The notes under the pieces: generated by a model | Databases searched by the model: none | Seen by the model: only the letters and a program-made list of their open reading frames with translations | Told to the model about the DNA's origin: nothing | In this document: positions 12,210 through 23,925 of the stretch, in pieces | Position numbering within the stretch: position 1 is the stretch's first letter | Layout: each line of letters begins with the position of its first letter | Translations under genes and position numbers: made by a program | NCBI GenBank assembly: GCA_965644295.1 | Contig: CBFFRP010000324.1 | Location: forward strand, 288,261 to 352,260 | Length of the DNA stretch: 64,000 nt | Source of the DNA: Paraphysomonas bandaiensis | Lineage: Eukaryota > Protista > Chrysophyceae | Direction: 5' to 3'

Positions 12210-13187
12210 TTAGTGCTTAAATTTCTTTCTCTTCATTGACGCTTCTTTTTCCCATGTTTCAAACATATGTGTCGTTGCATCAACATCTCCTTCCTGTTTT
12301 ACACAGCTACCAGGAGTAAAAAAACCGCCACTTCGCCCTCCAACCCAACAGTGGTCTAGTCCGACAAGTGTGCAATCTTCGACGGGGGCTCCTGGACATT
12401 CTTTTCTTTTACATATTGTCGTCTCACTTTTATATGTCACGGTCGCAGTTTCATTAGTGCAACCATTTCGCTTCTCCCACATAGCAGTGACATCCGGTTG
12501 TGACTCCCAGTCAATGTTTCCATCATAAGGTACTGTCTGATCGTCTTTAGAGTGGAATGACAAATAAGAAATTGGAGCCCCGTCTACGCACTGGTCGTAA
12601 TACGCCCTGCCAAGAGACCCCGCAACTGGAGCGATACCTGCAAATTTATCAGTCATACTGCAACCCAACGCATTGGAATGAAAAGCTCCTGTACTAAACC
12701 CAGTGGAGTAAATTCTCGACATATCCACACATAAATTATTCTGAATGTATTCCAGAAGCTTCTCAGCGAATAAAAAATCATCCGCTTCGAGGGCCCCACA
12801 TTTGATACCATATGTGTTCCAGGCATATTTTTCAATAAATGGTTCCATACTCCCAACTGGCGTTATGCTATAGTAATTAAAATCACTTGCAGCTTGCTCT
12901 ATTTTAGATATTTGCTCTTGATAAGCCACCACTGGAACATGAGCATTGCAACCATGCCAATTAATGACCAGTGGACGAGGCTCTTTGGGAGGACCAACAC
13001 AATAGTTGTTCTTTCCGCAAGAGAATTCATTCCATGGAGTGAATAACTGAAAGGTTCGCATCCATCCATTGATATCAATACTGACATTAAACGAACCTGA
13101 TGGATATAACGGATAGTCATCGCATACTTGTGCTACAGATACAGCAGGGAGTAGATAGAGAATATAGAGAATCTTATAATTCATCAT
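12210..13187 (-). CDS. Secreted alpha/beta-hydrolase, LpqC / PHB-depolymerase / feruloyl-esterase-like
   Basis: Signal peptide MMNYKILYILYLLPAVSVA, PLVINWHG, nucleophile motif GFSTG, FHSKDDQTVPY (Asp) and GLDHCW (His). Likely start is 13187 rather than the ORF-track start. Confidence 0.85.
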   Translation of the reverse strand: MMNYKILYILYLLPAVSVAQVCDDYPLYPSGSFNVSIDINGWMRTFQLFTPWNEFSCGKNNYCVGPPKEPRPLVINWHGCNAHVPVVAYQEQISKIEQAASDFNYYSITPVGSMEPFIEKYAWNTYGIKCGALEADDFLFAEKLLEYIQNNLCVDMSRIYSTGFSTGAFHSNALGCSMTDKFAGIAPVAGSLGRAYYDQCVDGAPISYLSFHSKDDQTVPYDGNIDWESQPDVTAMWEKRNGCTNETATVTYKSETTICKRKECPGAPVEDCTLVGLDHCWVGGRSGGFFTPGSCVKQEGDVDATTHMFETWEKEASMKRKKFKH

Positions 13188-13676
13188 AGATAGATCTTCT
13201 TTACTTATGCTTATGCTGTGTGTCGTGTGTGATGTAGCAGATGTGATGTGGCTTACAGGTGTGCGTATAGTTATCTCCATCCTATACTGCTGCAGAGTAC
13301 ATACAGTCCATGTACGGATGTAGCTATGTATATGTAGGAATTCCAAGTACGAAAGTTGTGTATTGTATTGTATATTTTTTTTCAAAGATGTCTCATATAT
13401 TGAGACAACAATTATCTGTATTACAGCCGTAGTTGTATGTTAGTAATATAGAGTATTTTTACTTCCATTAATTACCGAAAACAATACCAATACGATGGGC
13501 TGCTGGTATGTCACTGTATGCTGCTGTATACCATATCTTTACAGTGTATTCCCATAAACCCATACATTACACTGAGGTCGATAGATCATCTGGAGGTCTA
13601 TATATACACCACCATATCTTTTCATGTAACACTACTGAGAACTCACTCCTGGAGATTGTGATCCTCCTTATAAATC

Positions 13677-14687
13677 ATGTTGTTAACTTCATCAATTCTT
13701 GACTCTCGGTGGACAGTGTACACTCTCCTCGGCATTGTTGGTGCTCAAGTATTCTACACTGTATACAGCGCCTTGACATACCCAACAAGTAATAAGGCAG
13801 AAACCGCACCAGACCACGGAGAAGATGTGGATGAACCTGTACAAGCCTATGTATTTCCTGGGAACGATCAGTGCGCATCAGCATCTAATTTTTCCATAAA
13901 ACTATTGGCGTATCTCAGATTTGCAGGAATTCCACACACTGTTCATGAAGCAGATTTTCAAAGTGCCCCCAAAGGAAAGGTCCCTTACATTAAACACAAC
14001 GGAAATATAATAGGTGACTCTCAGCTAATTATTCGATATCTGGAGAACACCTATGACATCAAAACAATGGCCAAAATCGTATCTTCATCAAAGGTCAATT
14101 TAAAGCCGTTTGTCCCTTTCACTGAGCTATCAGCCCACGATCAAGCCCTTTCTGAATCTATTCGCCTTTTGTGTGAAGGGCAGATTTATTGGACTATTAT
14201 ATCGGTCCGTTTTCTTGGAGCTTCAGGATTATCGGAACGTGAATCGAACTGGACCGCCACGTGCAGCGCGTATTTTGCAGACATGCCTTTTTTTATTCGG
14301 CCTATTCTGACTCGAATAATCAGAAATGACGTTTTCAAAAGCTGCTGGGCATTTGGTTTGGCCCGTCACTCTGCAGCGGATCAAATGTATCTATTGAAAC
14401 GCGCAATACGTTCACTATCCACCTTGTTGGGGGACAAATTATTTTTCTTGGGAGATTTTCCTTCGGAAGTGGACTGTGCTGCGCTTGGCATCATCCAGTG
14501 TATGTGTGACGACTCCCTTGGCTATTCTCCTCACTTGGGTTTTATCAAAGAAGAATGCATGAATCTTTGGGAGTACAAGTCGCGCATGAGACCGCTGGTG
14601 TTTCCTGATATGTCACCTGGCATGAAGCTTGCACCGGCAGTGGTGGAAGGATGTAAGCCAAAGGCTAAGAAGCAGAAAACTGGTTAA
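13677..14687 (+). CDS. FAXC/metaxin-like glutathione S-transferase-fold protein with N-terminal TM anchor
   Basis: SNFSIKLLAYLRFAGIP, APKGKVPYI, IGDSQLIIRYL and LSTLLGDKLFFLGDFPSEVDCAALG. Confidence 0.88.
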   Translation: MLLTSSILDSRWTVYTLLGIVGAQVFYTVYSALTYPTSNKAETAPDHGEDVDEPVQAYVFPGNDQCASASNFSIKLLAYLRFAGIPHTVHEADFQSAPKGKVPYIKHNGNIIGDSQLIIRYLENTYDIKTMAKIVSSSKVNLKPFVPFTELSAHDQALSESIRLLCEGQIYWTIISVRFLGASGLSERESNWTATCSAYFADMPFFIRPILTRIIRNDVFKSCWAFGLARHSAADQMYLLKRAIRSLSTLLGDKLFFLGDFPSEVDCAALGIIQCMCDDSLGYSPHLGFIKEECMNLWEYKSRMRPLVFPDMSPGMKLAPAVVEGCKPKAKKQKTG

Positions 14688-16111
14688 TTTTTTCTGTTGA
14701 AACGACGTATGCGTATTTGAAATCGGTTTGGCTATCGGTAAATATATAATAATTGCGTTATGAAATAAATACTTAGTTTTTAACGTAGTAATATTGGAAT
14801 TGATTACTCGAGCTTGATTGGTTTCTATTCTACAATTAACTACAAAATTACTAGAATGGTCAATAATAGTTATATATTACTAGTACTAGCATTATAAACA
14901 ATAAATTTATATAACCACGTTCAGACTTTCAGTACCACATGGTGTGATATATGGTTAGAAGGAGTAGGCTGTAGCACCGGTTGATTAAATCATACTGATA
15001 GCTAGTCCACACAACTCAAATGCAGCATTTACATATACCAGGTACCAGATACATATGATTGCAAAATCACTATATTCCGAACCAGATACACGACCACAAA
15101 ACGTACCATGCTGTAACACTTGAACACTTTCATCTGTTTGACTTGCCAATGCATTGTCATGAGCACACCTGTTACTCCCAACAAGTTGTACGCATGTACG
15201 ATGTATCTGCTCAGGCCGTAATGATAGTTGAGGTAGATATAGTGGCCTGCTATTGCGGCGAAGCAGACCAAAGTAAAAGATTCAATGGTAACATGGAATT
15301 TCTGATAAATTTTACTCTTGTGAAGGCACGTGTACACAGTTCCGGTGGAATAATAAGCGTATTAAAAATCGTTTATCTATTGCTTTATACGACACATTAG
15401 TGACAAAAGCGTCCACGCTAGTCATTATACGGCCGTTAATCCAGATTCATTTTACATTAACGTAATTCATAAGCGATACATGTGAATCTGACGGGGGGAA
15501 ATGCAGGGTTCCATCTAACAGAGGTGTAATAAGCGCGTACTTGACAAACAAACCTGTATCACAGGTCTTATTAAACTTCCTGGAAAGTACTTAGCGGTAA
15601 TACTAGTGAGAAGATGATAGAATATATATATATCTGTGTTATTGTATGGGTCCATCATATCTGGATATATGTAGATATATATGGATATGGATATATGGAC
15701 ATGGCTGTGTGTGTACCGTGTACATGATGCATAATGTAGTGCTGTACGTGTACAGCAGCACGTGTACAGCAGCACGGGTCTGCTGTATACAGTACTTCGT
15801 ATCAGCTGTATAATTGTATATGGTATACAGCTCTGTATACAGCACATTTGATTGTACAGTTTCTATATGTATGTGTATATATATATGCATGTATATTCAT
15901 ATGGAATAGTGTTGTTGAGGAGGGATGCATGCATTGTCCAACCAAGAGTATATGCAGACCACCTATCCAATGTACATGATTGCCACAGATCCGTGGTGAA
16001 CCCCATCCGTATCATGCTCTGATACTCCTGGTCGTGGAGAAAGTAGCAGTGGTGCTGTTCACGGTCATTGTTTTATACGGATTCAACAGTTTGAAAATAT
16101 CAGTATTGTAA

Positions 16112-16432
16112 ATGACTCGATACGATCGATTGTTGAAAGAACTTCAGGCTACTGGTATGGGTAAAATTAAGGTGTTTGGTCAATCTATGCTCCCTATCAT
16201 TCGCAGTGGTTCACTCCTCACGTTTAAACGTCAGAAAGAATACACGACTGGAGATATTGTATGTTGTAAAGTGAAGGGAAATATGATTGGTGCACACCAC
16301 ATTGTTTCAGTGTGTGATTCACGAGGATATTTAATTGCGAATAACAAAGGTCATCAGAATGGATACACACGTACTGTATATGGAAAAGTAGTTAAAGCTC
16401 AATATAAAAATAACACCAAGGAATTCGAATGA
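16112..16432 (+). CDS. Small S24/S26-family peptidase-like protein (prokaryote-type)
   Basis: GQSMLP (catalytic Ser motif), GDIVCCKVKG, NNKGHQNG and VYGKV. 106 aa, intronless, downstream of a promoter-type tract. Confidence 0.7.
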   Translation: MTRYDRLLKELQATGMGKIKVFGQSMLPIIRSGSLLTFKRQKEYTTGDIVCCKVKGNMIGAHHIVSVCDSRGYLIANNKGHQNGYTRTVYGKVVKAQYKNNTKEFE

Positions 16433-18078
16433 TGTTATTCTCGTCAAATGATTATCTTAAAATAGATTTAATTAATTGTAAATGCTGCTATTAAAAATCG
16501 ATAGTGATGTACTGAGTATTATGGCAGTACCTCATTGGCGGCGATGTATTAACAATGAGTGCTATATGGTCCATATTTGTGTATTTGTATCAAGTAGATT
16601 AATCGGTCCCACTGTATCAACGACTGTCATTCAACGTTACCTCATCAGTTGAACTCAGGGTAGCACTTTAGCCATTTAGAGTCACTTATGTAAGTTACGC
16701 TGCTTGACTCTGCGTCACAAGTTGAATGGGTTGCACTTCTATCTAGAATGGGTTCTGCTATATAAAATCTAGGTCATTACTTTATTCGTTATTAAACTCG
16801 ATTTTTATTCACATCACTCAATAGTAAGTAGATACTCATATATATCGTAATAACTACTTTCCTCTTATTTGTACATAATTCATTAGCATGGCTGCTTCAT
16901 GTTCCGTACACTGATGAAATTTATTGCTCAAAATAACTCATTCCGTAGCATCAAACTGGACACCGCTTTCGATATCAAGTCAATATTGACCATCAGTATT
17001 TGTGTTGTATTTTTCCAATAAAGATAACACTTCGATCTGTAATTCAGGAAGCAGAGTGCAGCAACATTCAAGTTATAGGCATCTCACAGTCTCAACTGGT
17101 ATCACGTATGTACGCAGGAGAATATCTCTTCAAATTGACTTATAGACTACTCTGGTACTAGTACGCATCTGTTAAAAATGGGAGTGAGGTGTGAGTATGG
17201 AGTACATAGTATGTGTTTTTCACAAAATAAATACATCATAGAAATGATTTAAACAACCAAAACATGCATCCCAATATAGCTCGTCCGACTCATCTCCACA
17301 GTATAGATAATTATAATCTGTGTATGGTATCGTAGTGTTCGTCATATTGTGCAGTTCCATGATTGGCTATTACGTTGATATGTTCAGTTCGCATGTGTAT
17401 AGGCTTCTGCCTCATAGAGCAAACAGTTTCCATCAATCGCTGGAACCCTGAATACTGTTATCAGGTCACGACCAAACTCTCAGACCACCATGACTGTGAA
17501 AATCTATTCTCCAAGCAAATGATTCATAGTTTACAAGACACATGGTTGATATTACGTTCTTAATTATAAGCAACACATGTGGATATTGCACACAGGCTCT
17601 CAGTCCAATGGTCAGGTCTAACCGTCAGTAGTGGTATAGTCATATACAGTCACAGTATAGTATAGTGGTATACGGCACTGTAGTTTACTTGGATTTGACT
17701 TTCAAAAATATGTTCCATAGCAGCAGTGTGTGTGTATGTATGTGTAGGGTCTGCCTGTTAAAGCTGTGAGATGTATGTATATGTATATGTATGTATGTAT
17801 GTGTAGGTATGCATAGTTCTCATATCATCATAATCCACATCTATACTCCCATATATACCACTACTATATTACTAAGAGATCAGGATACCATTCGAGTTAC
17901 TATCAACCATATTCTCTTCAAGAGATTGATATGAATGGGCTCTATTATCAGTCCGAACTGTAGGTTGGATTGTTCATCCCTCTTACCTCAATATACACAC
18001 ATAACACACATACTAACATACAATCCGATCAATCTAATACATTAAAATAACTATTAAATATCACTATAAAGGTGAAGT

Positions 18079-19958
18079 ATGCTGATGGACTGTGAATTGT
18101 CTCGTATATCAGAGACACCTAAAGATCCTCATGAATCACTGGCTGTTAACTCATCTGTCGATAAGGTTTCCAGATATCTAAAAAAAATTGAAGGAGCTAG
18201 TAAAGTTCAACGATATTTACTACGTGTTGTGCTTCCTACAACGAATGATAAAGCAAAACAACAAGTTATATATGATGACTTGGATAAGCTTTCAGCGTAT
18301 ATACGATCATGCTCTAAGGAATGCCAAAGCTCCATTGCTGCTTCGTATACTGAAGAAAAGTGTGATACGGAAAATAGTCATATGTACACACCAGATAGAC
18401 ATTCAAGTTCTAATGCTGCTTCTACTCCTGGGTCTTTCGATAGACTCTTATGTAAACTGATGTCACCAGCAACACCAAGAAAGTCTACGAGGGGTTCCAC
18501 TGCTGTTAGTAATGATAAGGAGTTGGGTATTCCTTGCACGACAGGGGTGTCTGTCTACACTCCTCAGACGCCACCTCGTTCGTCCGGAAAATCCGTGTAT
18601 GTTCCTCAGGATTACGAGACCGAGCAATTTTTTGAGAAATCTCACGATTGTGCGGCACCGAAGGCGACTCTCACTGACGCTCCTGCCAATAGAACTTGCA
18701 CTCGTGGTACAACAGAGCCACATTCTCTTGTTGATACTAATGAAGTATCACAAGCAGTACAGTCTGCTACCTCTGAGGTAGCTGTCGAGGAAAATTCATT
18801 GAAAAGAGATAATACATTAGACCGCACGAGTGAATCCACATCGGCAACGATTGGCACTGACAGTAAAGCGGATACTACTAAATTCGTGGTAGCCACCGAA
18901 CCGGATACATCGAAAGCTGTAAATGCGAATAATACTTTAAATTGTGTTGGAGTTGCTGCAACGTCTTCTGCATCTGACACTGATAGTAATGTGGAAGCTG
19001 CGACGCATGGAACTCAAACTCCTGAACGCAAAAGGATTACTTTTAGATTAAGTACTCAAAGTATATCTCCCTATCACTCTGACGATTCTGAGAGCCTATC
19101 TTCGCCTTCTTCTCCTCCTCCTCCACCACCACCGATATCTCCTGAGCCTGATTCGGAGTTGCAGCACGAAAGTGGTGTTTACCTCTCTAATAACTACACT
19201 GCCTCCACTGCCAGTCCTAGCAATGAACTATGTAATATAGATCAGGCATGGCGCAGTCCACCGAACTCGATGCAGAATGTTTCAATCGAAAGGAATGTAT
19301 CTTCTGATATTAATCTACACCCCGAGGATCTTTATTTGACAGTTAAAGAAGATGATAATATTTCTACAAGCATCTGTAATCAGTCGTATATATCCCCTCC
19401 TTCCCCATATTCCTTTGGTCCGAACTACTCTCCCCCGTCTTCCCCGCCCATGTCTCACGACACTGTAATTAAATCACCGTCCACAAGCTCTGGGGCCTCG
19501 TCAACTAGTGAAAACATGGTTGGAACACATGTGCAACACAATCCGTCGAATATGTTTGGTAAGCCCTCGTCTGCTGTGGTAGTGAGACCCATGCCACTTA
19601 GCAGTCAATCTCTGCGTCCTAATCAAACGGGTACAAATCATAGACGTGGTCCCACTATACCCGGTATTTCTCCTACTGCTCGTCACATCAGGCAACCGCG
19701 CGGAGTTGGATCGTCTATTCCACCTAATAAATTGAATTTACGGCAGGTATGTTTTCGTCAATTGTTTAATGCAATAATTACTAAAATGTACTGTGTATTA
19801 CTATCAAAGCTTATGACGTTTATATGGGATGTATTGTTTGTAATAGTCATTTATATTTATGTATAATTGACTCTCGTATTTAGTCGTGGCAGCTTGCCCA
19901 GACTGGAAATTCCACAACTGTGGAGACGAATCGTATGTCCAGTGCGTCTAAGGAATAG
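18079..19958 (+). CDS. Unknown Ser/Thr/Pro-rich, largely disordered protein (2 exons)
   Basis: 595-codon ORF. A donor CAG|GTATGT at 19747 and an acceptor TTTAG near 19882 give a short last exon ending in TAG at 19958. Contains a poly-Pro tract. Confidence 0.65.
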
Positions 19959-21797
19959 ACGTTGCGATACGTCGTAAACTCTACGTGGTATTGTTCTTGT
20001 ATTTATTGTGAGGTGATAAAATAGTTGTATTGGCAATTCTTTTCGGTATATCATGCAGTATGCATTGTTCCTAATATGTGGTAAATTATTATCATAACTC
20101 AAAGTACTCGATACCTATGTTAAGTAAACAATATGCAAACGTGGGAAAAAAAATTTCCCACGTTTTTGACGTACATTCCTCGTTAAAGCTAGCTAGTTAC
20201 TAGAGTGCTAATAAATAGTTCTCTGCATTTGTATTGATATATTACTGACTAATATTGCAAATTAATATTATTTTCAGTATAAAAATGGGTTCAACTAACC
20301 GTTTGATTGCTATGTACGTGAATGAGCTACAAACTAGTTCTAGCTAGTCATTGTATAAACATAACACCACATAATTATTGAAAAGAAGAGCAATAAACAT
20401 ACAATGCATACTCTACTCTTCTCTATATTCAATAACATTCTACAGAATTCCTTGTTCTTCTCCTTCCGATTCTGAAGCTCGAGGAGCTGGGCTTCAGCTT
20501 TGAAGTTGTCACGTTCATAAGCCATACGAACGTGTCCACAAGAAGACTTTCTGTGTAGGAGTTCTTCGTGCTCTTCTTCGTGCTCTTCTTTCTATCTTTG
20601 CTTCGTTTTTGACGGGGAGGTCTCATCTTTCGACGAAGCTGTGTTCTAGCACTGAATGATTCCTCCTCTTAACGACTGCTGGAATGCCCATCAATGCATG
20701 CAGGGAACTCCTCAGAGCTCTCTATCTCTTTCTTCCGACGACTCTTTCTTCAAGTAGGTTTAGAATTAGACAGGACATGCTATTCTAGCTACTTACGGCA
20801 GGTTAAAAGCTTAAATGAAATGCCTTTGAAGCACTAAGCTTCCGTAGTGGCAGTCCTTTCTTCTGCATCATGTAATCTACACAATCAATCATTCTGATAT
20901 TGTAAAGTAGACATATACATAAATGAATTGCAGCATATGAGATCGTGTATAGTGCTACATACCAGCAGTAGGTGTATTGTTGGCAACCCCAAGGAGAGTG
21001 ACCGAAGGTGCATGTCCACTCTCCTCAATCCACTGTATGAGGCTCTGTGCTACAGCCTCGTGACCAAACGCTGTCATGAAGACACATGTGACTTTCCTGG
21101 AAGGCAGTTATAAGCCTGCAACTCTGAACCACTCAGTAAGAGTATCATCTGAGAGTGGTATCAGCTCTGCAGCATTCGGAAGTATGTATGTGTGTGTCTG
21201 TCTGTCTGTGTGCTCAGGAGGTGTGATCCACACAACAATGAACACCTCATCCGATAAACCACACCTCCTGAGCACTCCTCACTGTCATCAACAATGTCAC
21301 GATCTAAGCACCAGAAGATACTGACTCAGAAGATCCATCCCTCTATATGTATGTGTGTATGTATGTGTGTGTGTGTGTGTTAAGTTATGCATATGTATTA
21401 TGGTCATGATGTGCGTGTTGTAGTCACTGCTCGTGCAGTGTGGTTGCGGCGTAGTGTATGCACACCGCGTCCTCACCACACACTCATGACGCGTGTTCGA
21501 TGCTCTTGTGGGGTGTTTTTGTCAATTCAATTTTTTTTGTACGTGTTTTTCTATATGTTATGCTGCGCTGTGCTGTGTGCATGAATGTATCCGGTGCGAG
21601 GAACACATTTTGAAATGCGCACATCATACGCAACACAACAAACACAGTAACACTCGGGATGCAGGCTGTGCTGAGTGATGCGCGATGCATCTATTCCTAC
21701 CTCATGTCGAAAGTGTATGTTTTTCGACAGCAGATGTCTTTCCACGACAAGGTTAGTTTGCTAGTACTGTGTGTTCGTATGTGCGTTCTGTGCCTGT

Positions 21798-22568
21798 TCA
21801 ACACTGTGCTCATTGATGTAATAAATGATACGTGTGAGTCAAGTGGGGGCACAGTGGGGGTTCATCGCTTTCGGTTTGTTCAATTGCTTGATCACTTTTG
21901 ATACAAACCGAGAAGCTTGATGATTTAGGGTCTGCTCTCTAGTCTTTGCACTGGATTTGAGCTGGTTCCCACCTAAACGGGGCTTTGTTGCATGTGACGT
22001 GAGTTTCATTGCAGCAATTAAGAGGTGTGTATTGAGCAATCAGAAAACCACCCCCGCATCACTGTTTCGTAGTATGTCATCTCGAGTTAATGACGAACCG
22101 ATTTAGTTGTACCTTCTCACTGTATCTGTAATGCATGAAGTATGTATATAAATGCTATTCTATTAATGATTATATGTTGCATGTGCCTTATCAACACTGT
22201 GCTCATTGATGTAATAAATGATACGTGTGAGTCAAGTGGGGGCACAGTGGGGGTTCATCGCTTTCGGTTTGTTCAATTGCTTGATCACTTTTGATACAAA
22301 CCGAGAAGCTTGATGATTTAGGGTCTGCTCATCTAGTCTTTGCACTGGATTTGAGCTGGTTCCCACCTAAACGGGGCTTTGTTGCATGTGACGTGAGTTT
22401 CATTGCAGCAATTAAGAGGTGTGTATTGAGCAATCAGAAAACCACCCCCGCATCACTGTTTCGTAGTATGTCATCTCGAGTTAATGACGAACCGATTTAG
22501 CTGTACCTTCTCACTGTATCTGTAATGCATGAAGTATGTATATAAATGCTATTCTATTAATGATTATA
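21798..22568. repeat. Tandem duplication (period 393 bp) inside the TIR element
   Basis: tcaacactgtgctcattgatg... occurs at 21798 and 22191. The copies are nearly identical, with two 1-nt indels. Confidence 0.92.
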
Positions 22569-22899
22569 TATGTGTTTCTAATACCTAGTTTCTTTGTGTG
22601 TGTTTTAGAGTGTGCGTTGCTTTTGAATCGGGCTGATGTCATAACACGCTTTCATTGTTGCAATGATCTCTGCCTTCTGAACTCTGTCGGCTGTCTTCGT
22701 GGAAAGGAAATTATATTGAGATGCTGGACTGAGATTCCATGATCAGTATTGACAGAACTGGTAGTGGAGCGTTATACTCTGAGTTCAACTGGAAAGTTGA
22801 TGATGTTTCTCAAGGTTAAGTAGAGGGGGTGTGCAAGAATTGTTTATGCAGCTGCTATGTATGACGTATAGTGGTTGCGCGATGGATTTATGTTGTACA

Positions 22900-23925
22900 A
22901 GTTATACAGCTGCTACGTGTGTTCTTTCGTGTAGCTGACACCTGTGTTCTCTCGTTGCGCTAATTGAATGCTAGGCTCATGTTGCATCGAGAGATTGTAG
23001 TGTATGACGTGTGTAGGCGTTGTGTGATGGCTATATGTTATACAGTTATACAGCTGCTATGTGTGTTCTCTCGTGTAGCAGTACATTGTTATGCTACACT
23101 TGTGTTCTCTCGTTGTGCTAATGAATGCTAGGCTCATGTTGTATCGAGAGATAGCAGTGTATGACTTGTGTAGGCGTTGTGTGATGGCTATATGTTATAT
23201 AGTTATACAGCTGCTGTGTGTGTTCTCTCGTGTACAGTAGCTGAGTGAATATACGTGTAGCAGTACATTGTTATGCTACACTTGTGTTCTCTCGTTGTGC
23301 TAATGAATGCTAGGCTCATGTTGTATCGAGAGATAGCAGTGTATGACTTGTGTAGGCGTTGTGTGATGGCTATATGTTATACAGTTATACATCTGCTATG
23401 TGTGTTCTCTCGTGTACAGTAGCTTTGTGAATATACGTGTAGCAGTACATTGTTATGCTACACTTGTGTTCTCTCGTTGTGCTAATGAATGCTAGGCTCA
23501 TGTTGTATCGAGAGATAGCAGTGTATGACTTGTGTAGGCGTTGTGTGATGGCTATATGTTATACAGTTATACAGCTGCTATGTGTGTTCTCTCGTGTACA
23601 GTAGCTGAGTGAATATACGTGTAGCAGTACATTGTTATGCTACACTTGTGTTCTCTCGTTGTGCTAATGAATGCTAGGCTCATGTTGTATCGAGAGATAG
23701 CAGTGTATGACTTGTGTAGGCGTTGTGTGATGGCTATATGTTATACAGTTATACAGCTGCTATGTGTGTTCTCTCGTGTACAGTAGCTGAGTGAATATAC
23801 GTGTAGCAGTACATTGTTATGCTACACTTGTGTTCTCTCGTTGTGCTAATGAATGCTAGGCTCATGTTGTATCGAGAGATAGCAGTGTATGACGTGTGTA
23901 GGCTTTGTGTGATGGCTATTTGTTG
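22900..23925. repeat. 182-bp minisatellite inside the TIR element (~4.5 near-perfect copies plus degenerate flanks to ~24320)
   Basis: cagtacattg recurs at 23079, 23261, 23443, 23625 and 23807. Confidence 0.93.

Noticed and set aside
16855-17168. Frame with in-frame TGA codons suggesting stop-codon reassignment or selenocysteine
   Set aside because: Four stops in ~105 codons is about what AT-rich random sequence gives, and conserved genes here (AP beta, the glycosyltransferase-like gene) end in TGA normally.
21798-22568. Same 393-bp period as the terminal satellite
   Set aside because: No sequence similarity between the two; treated as coincidence.
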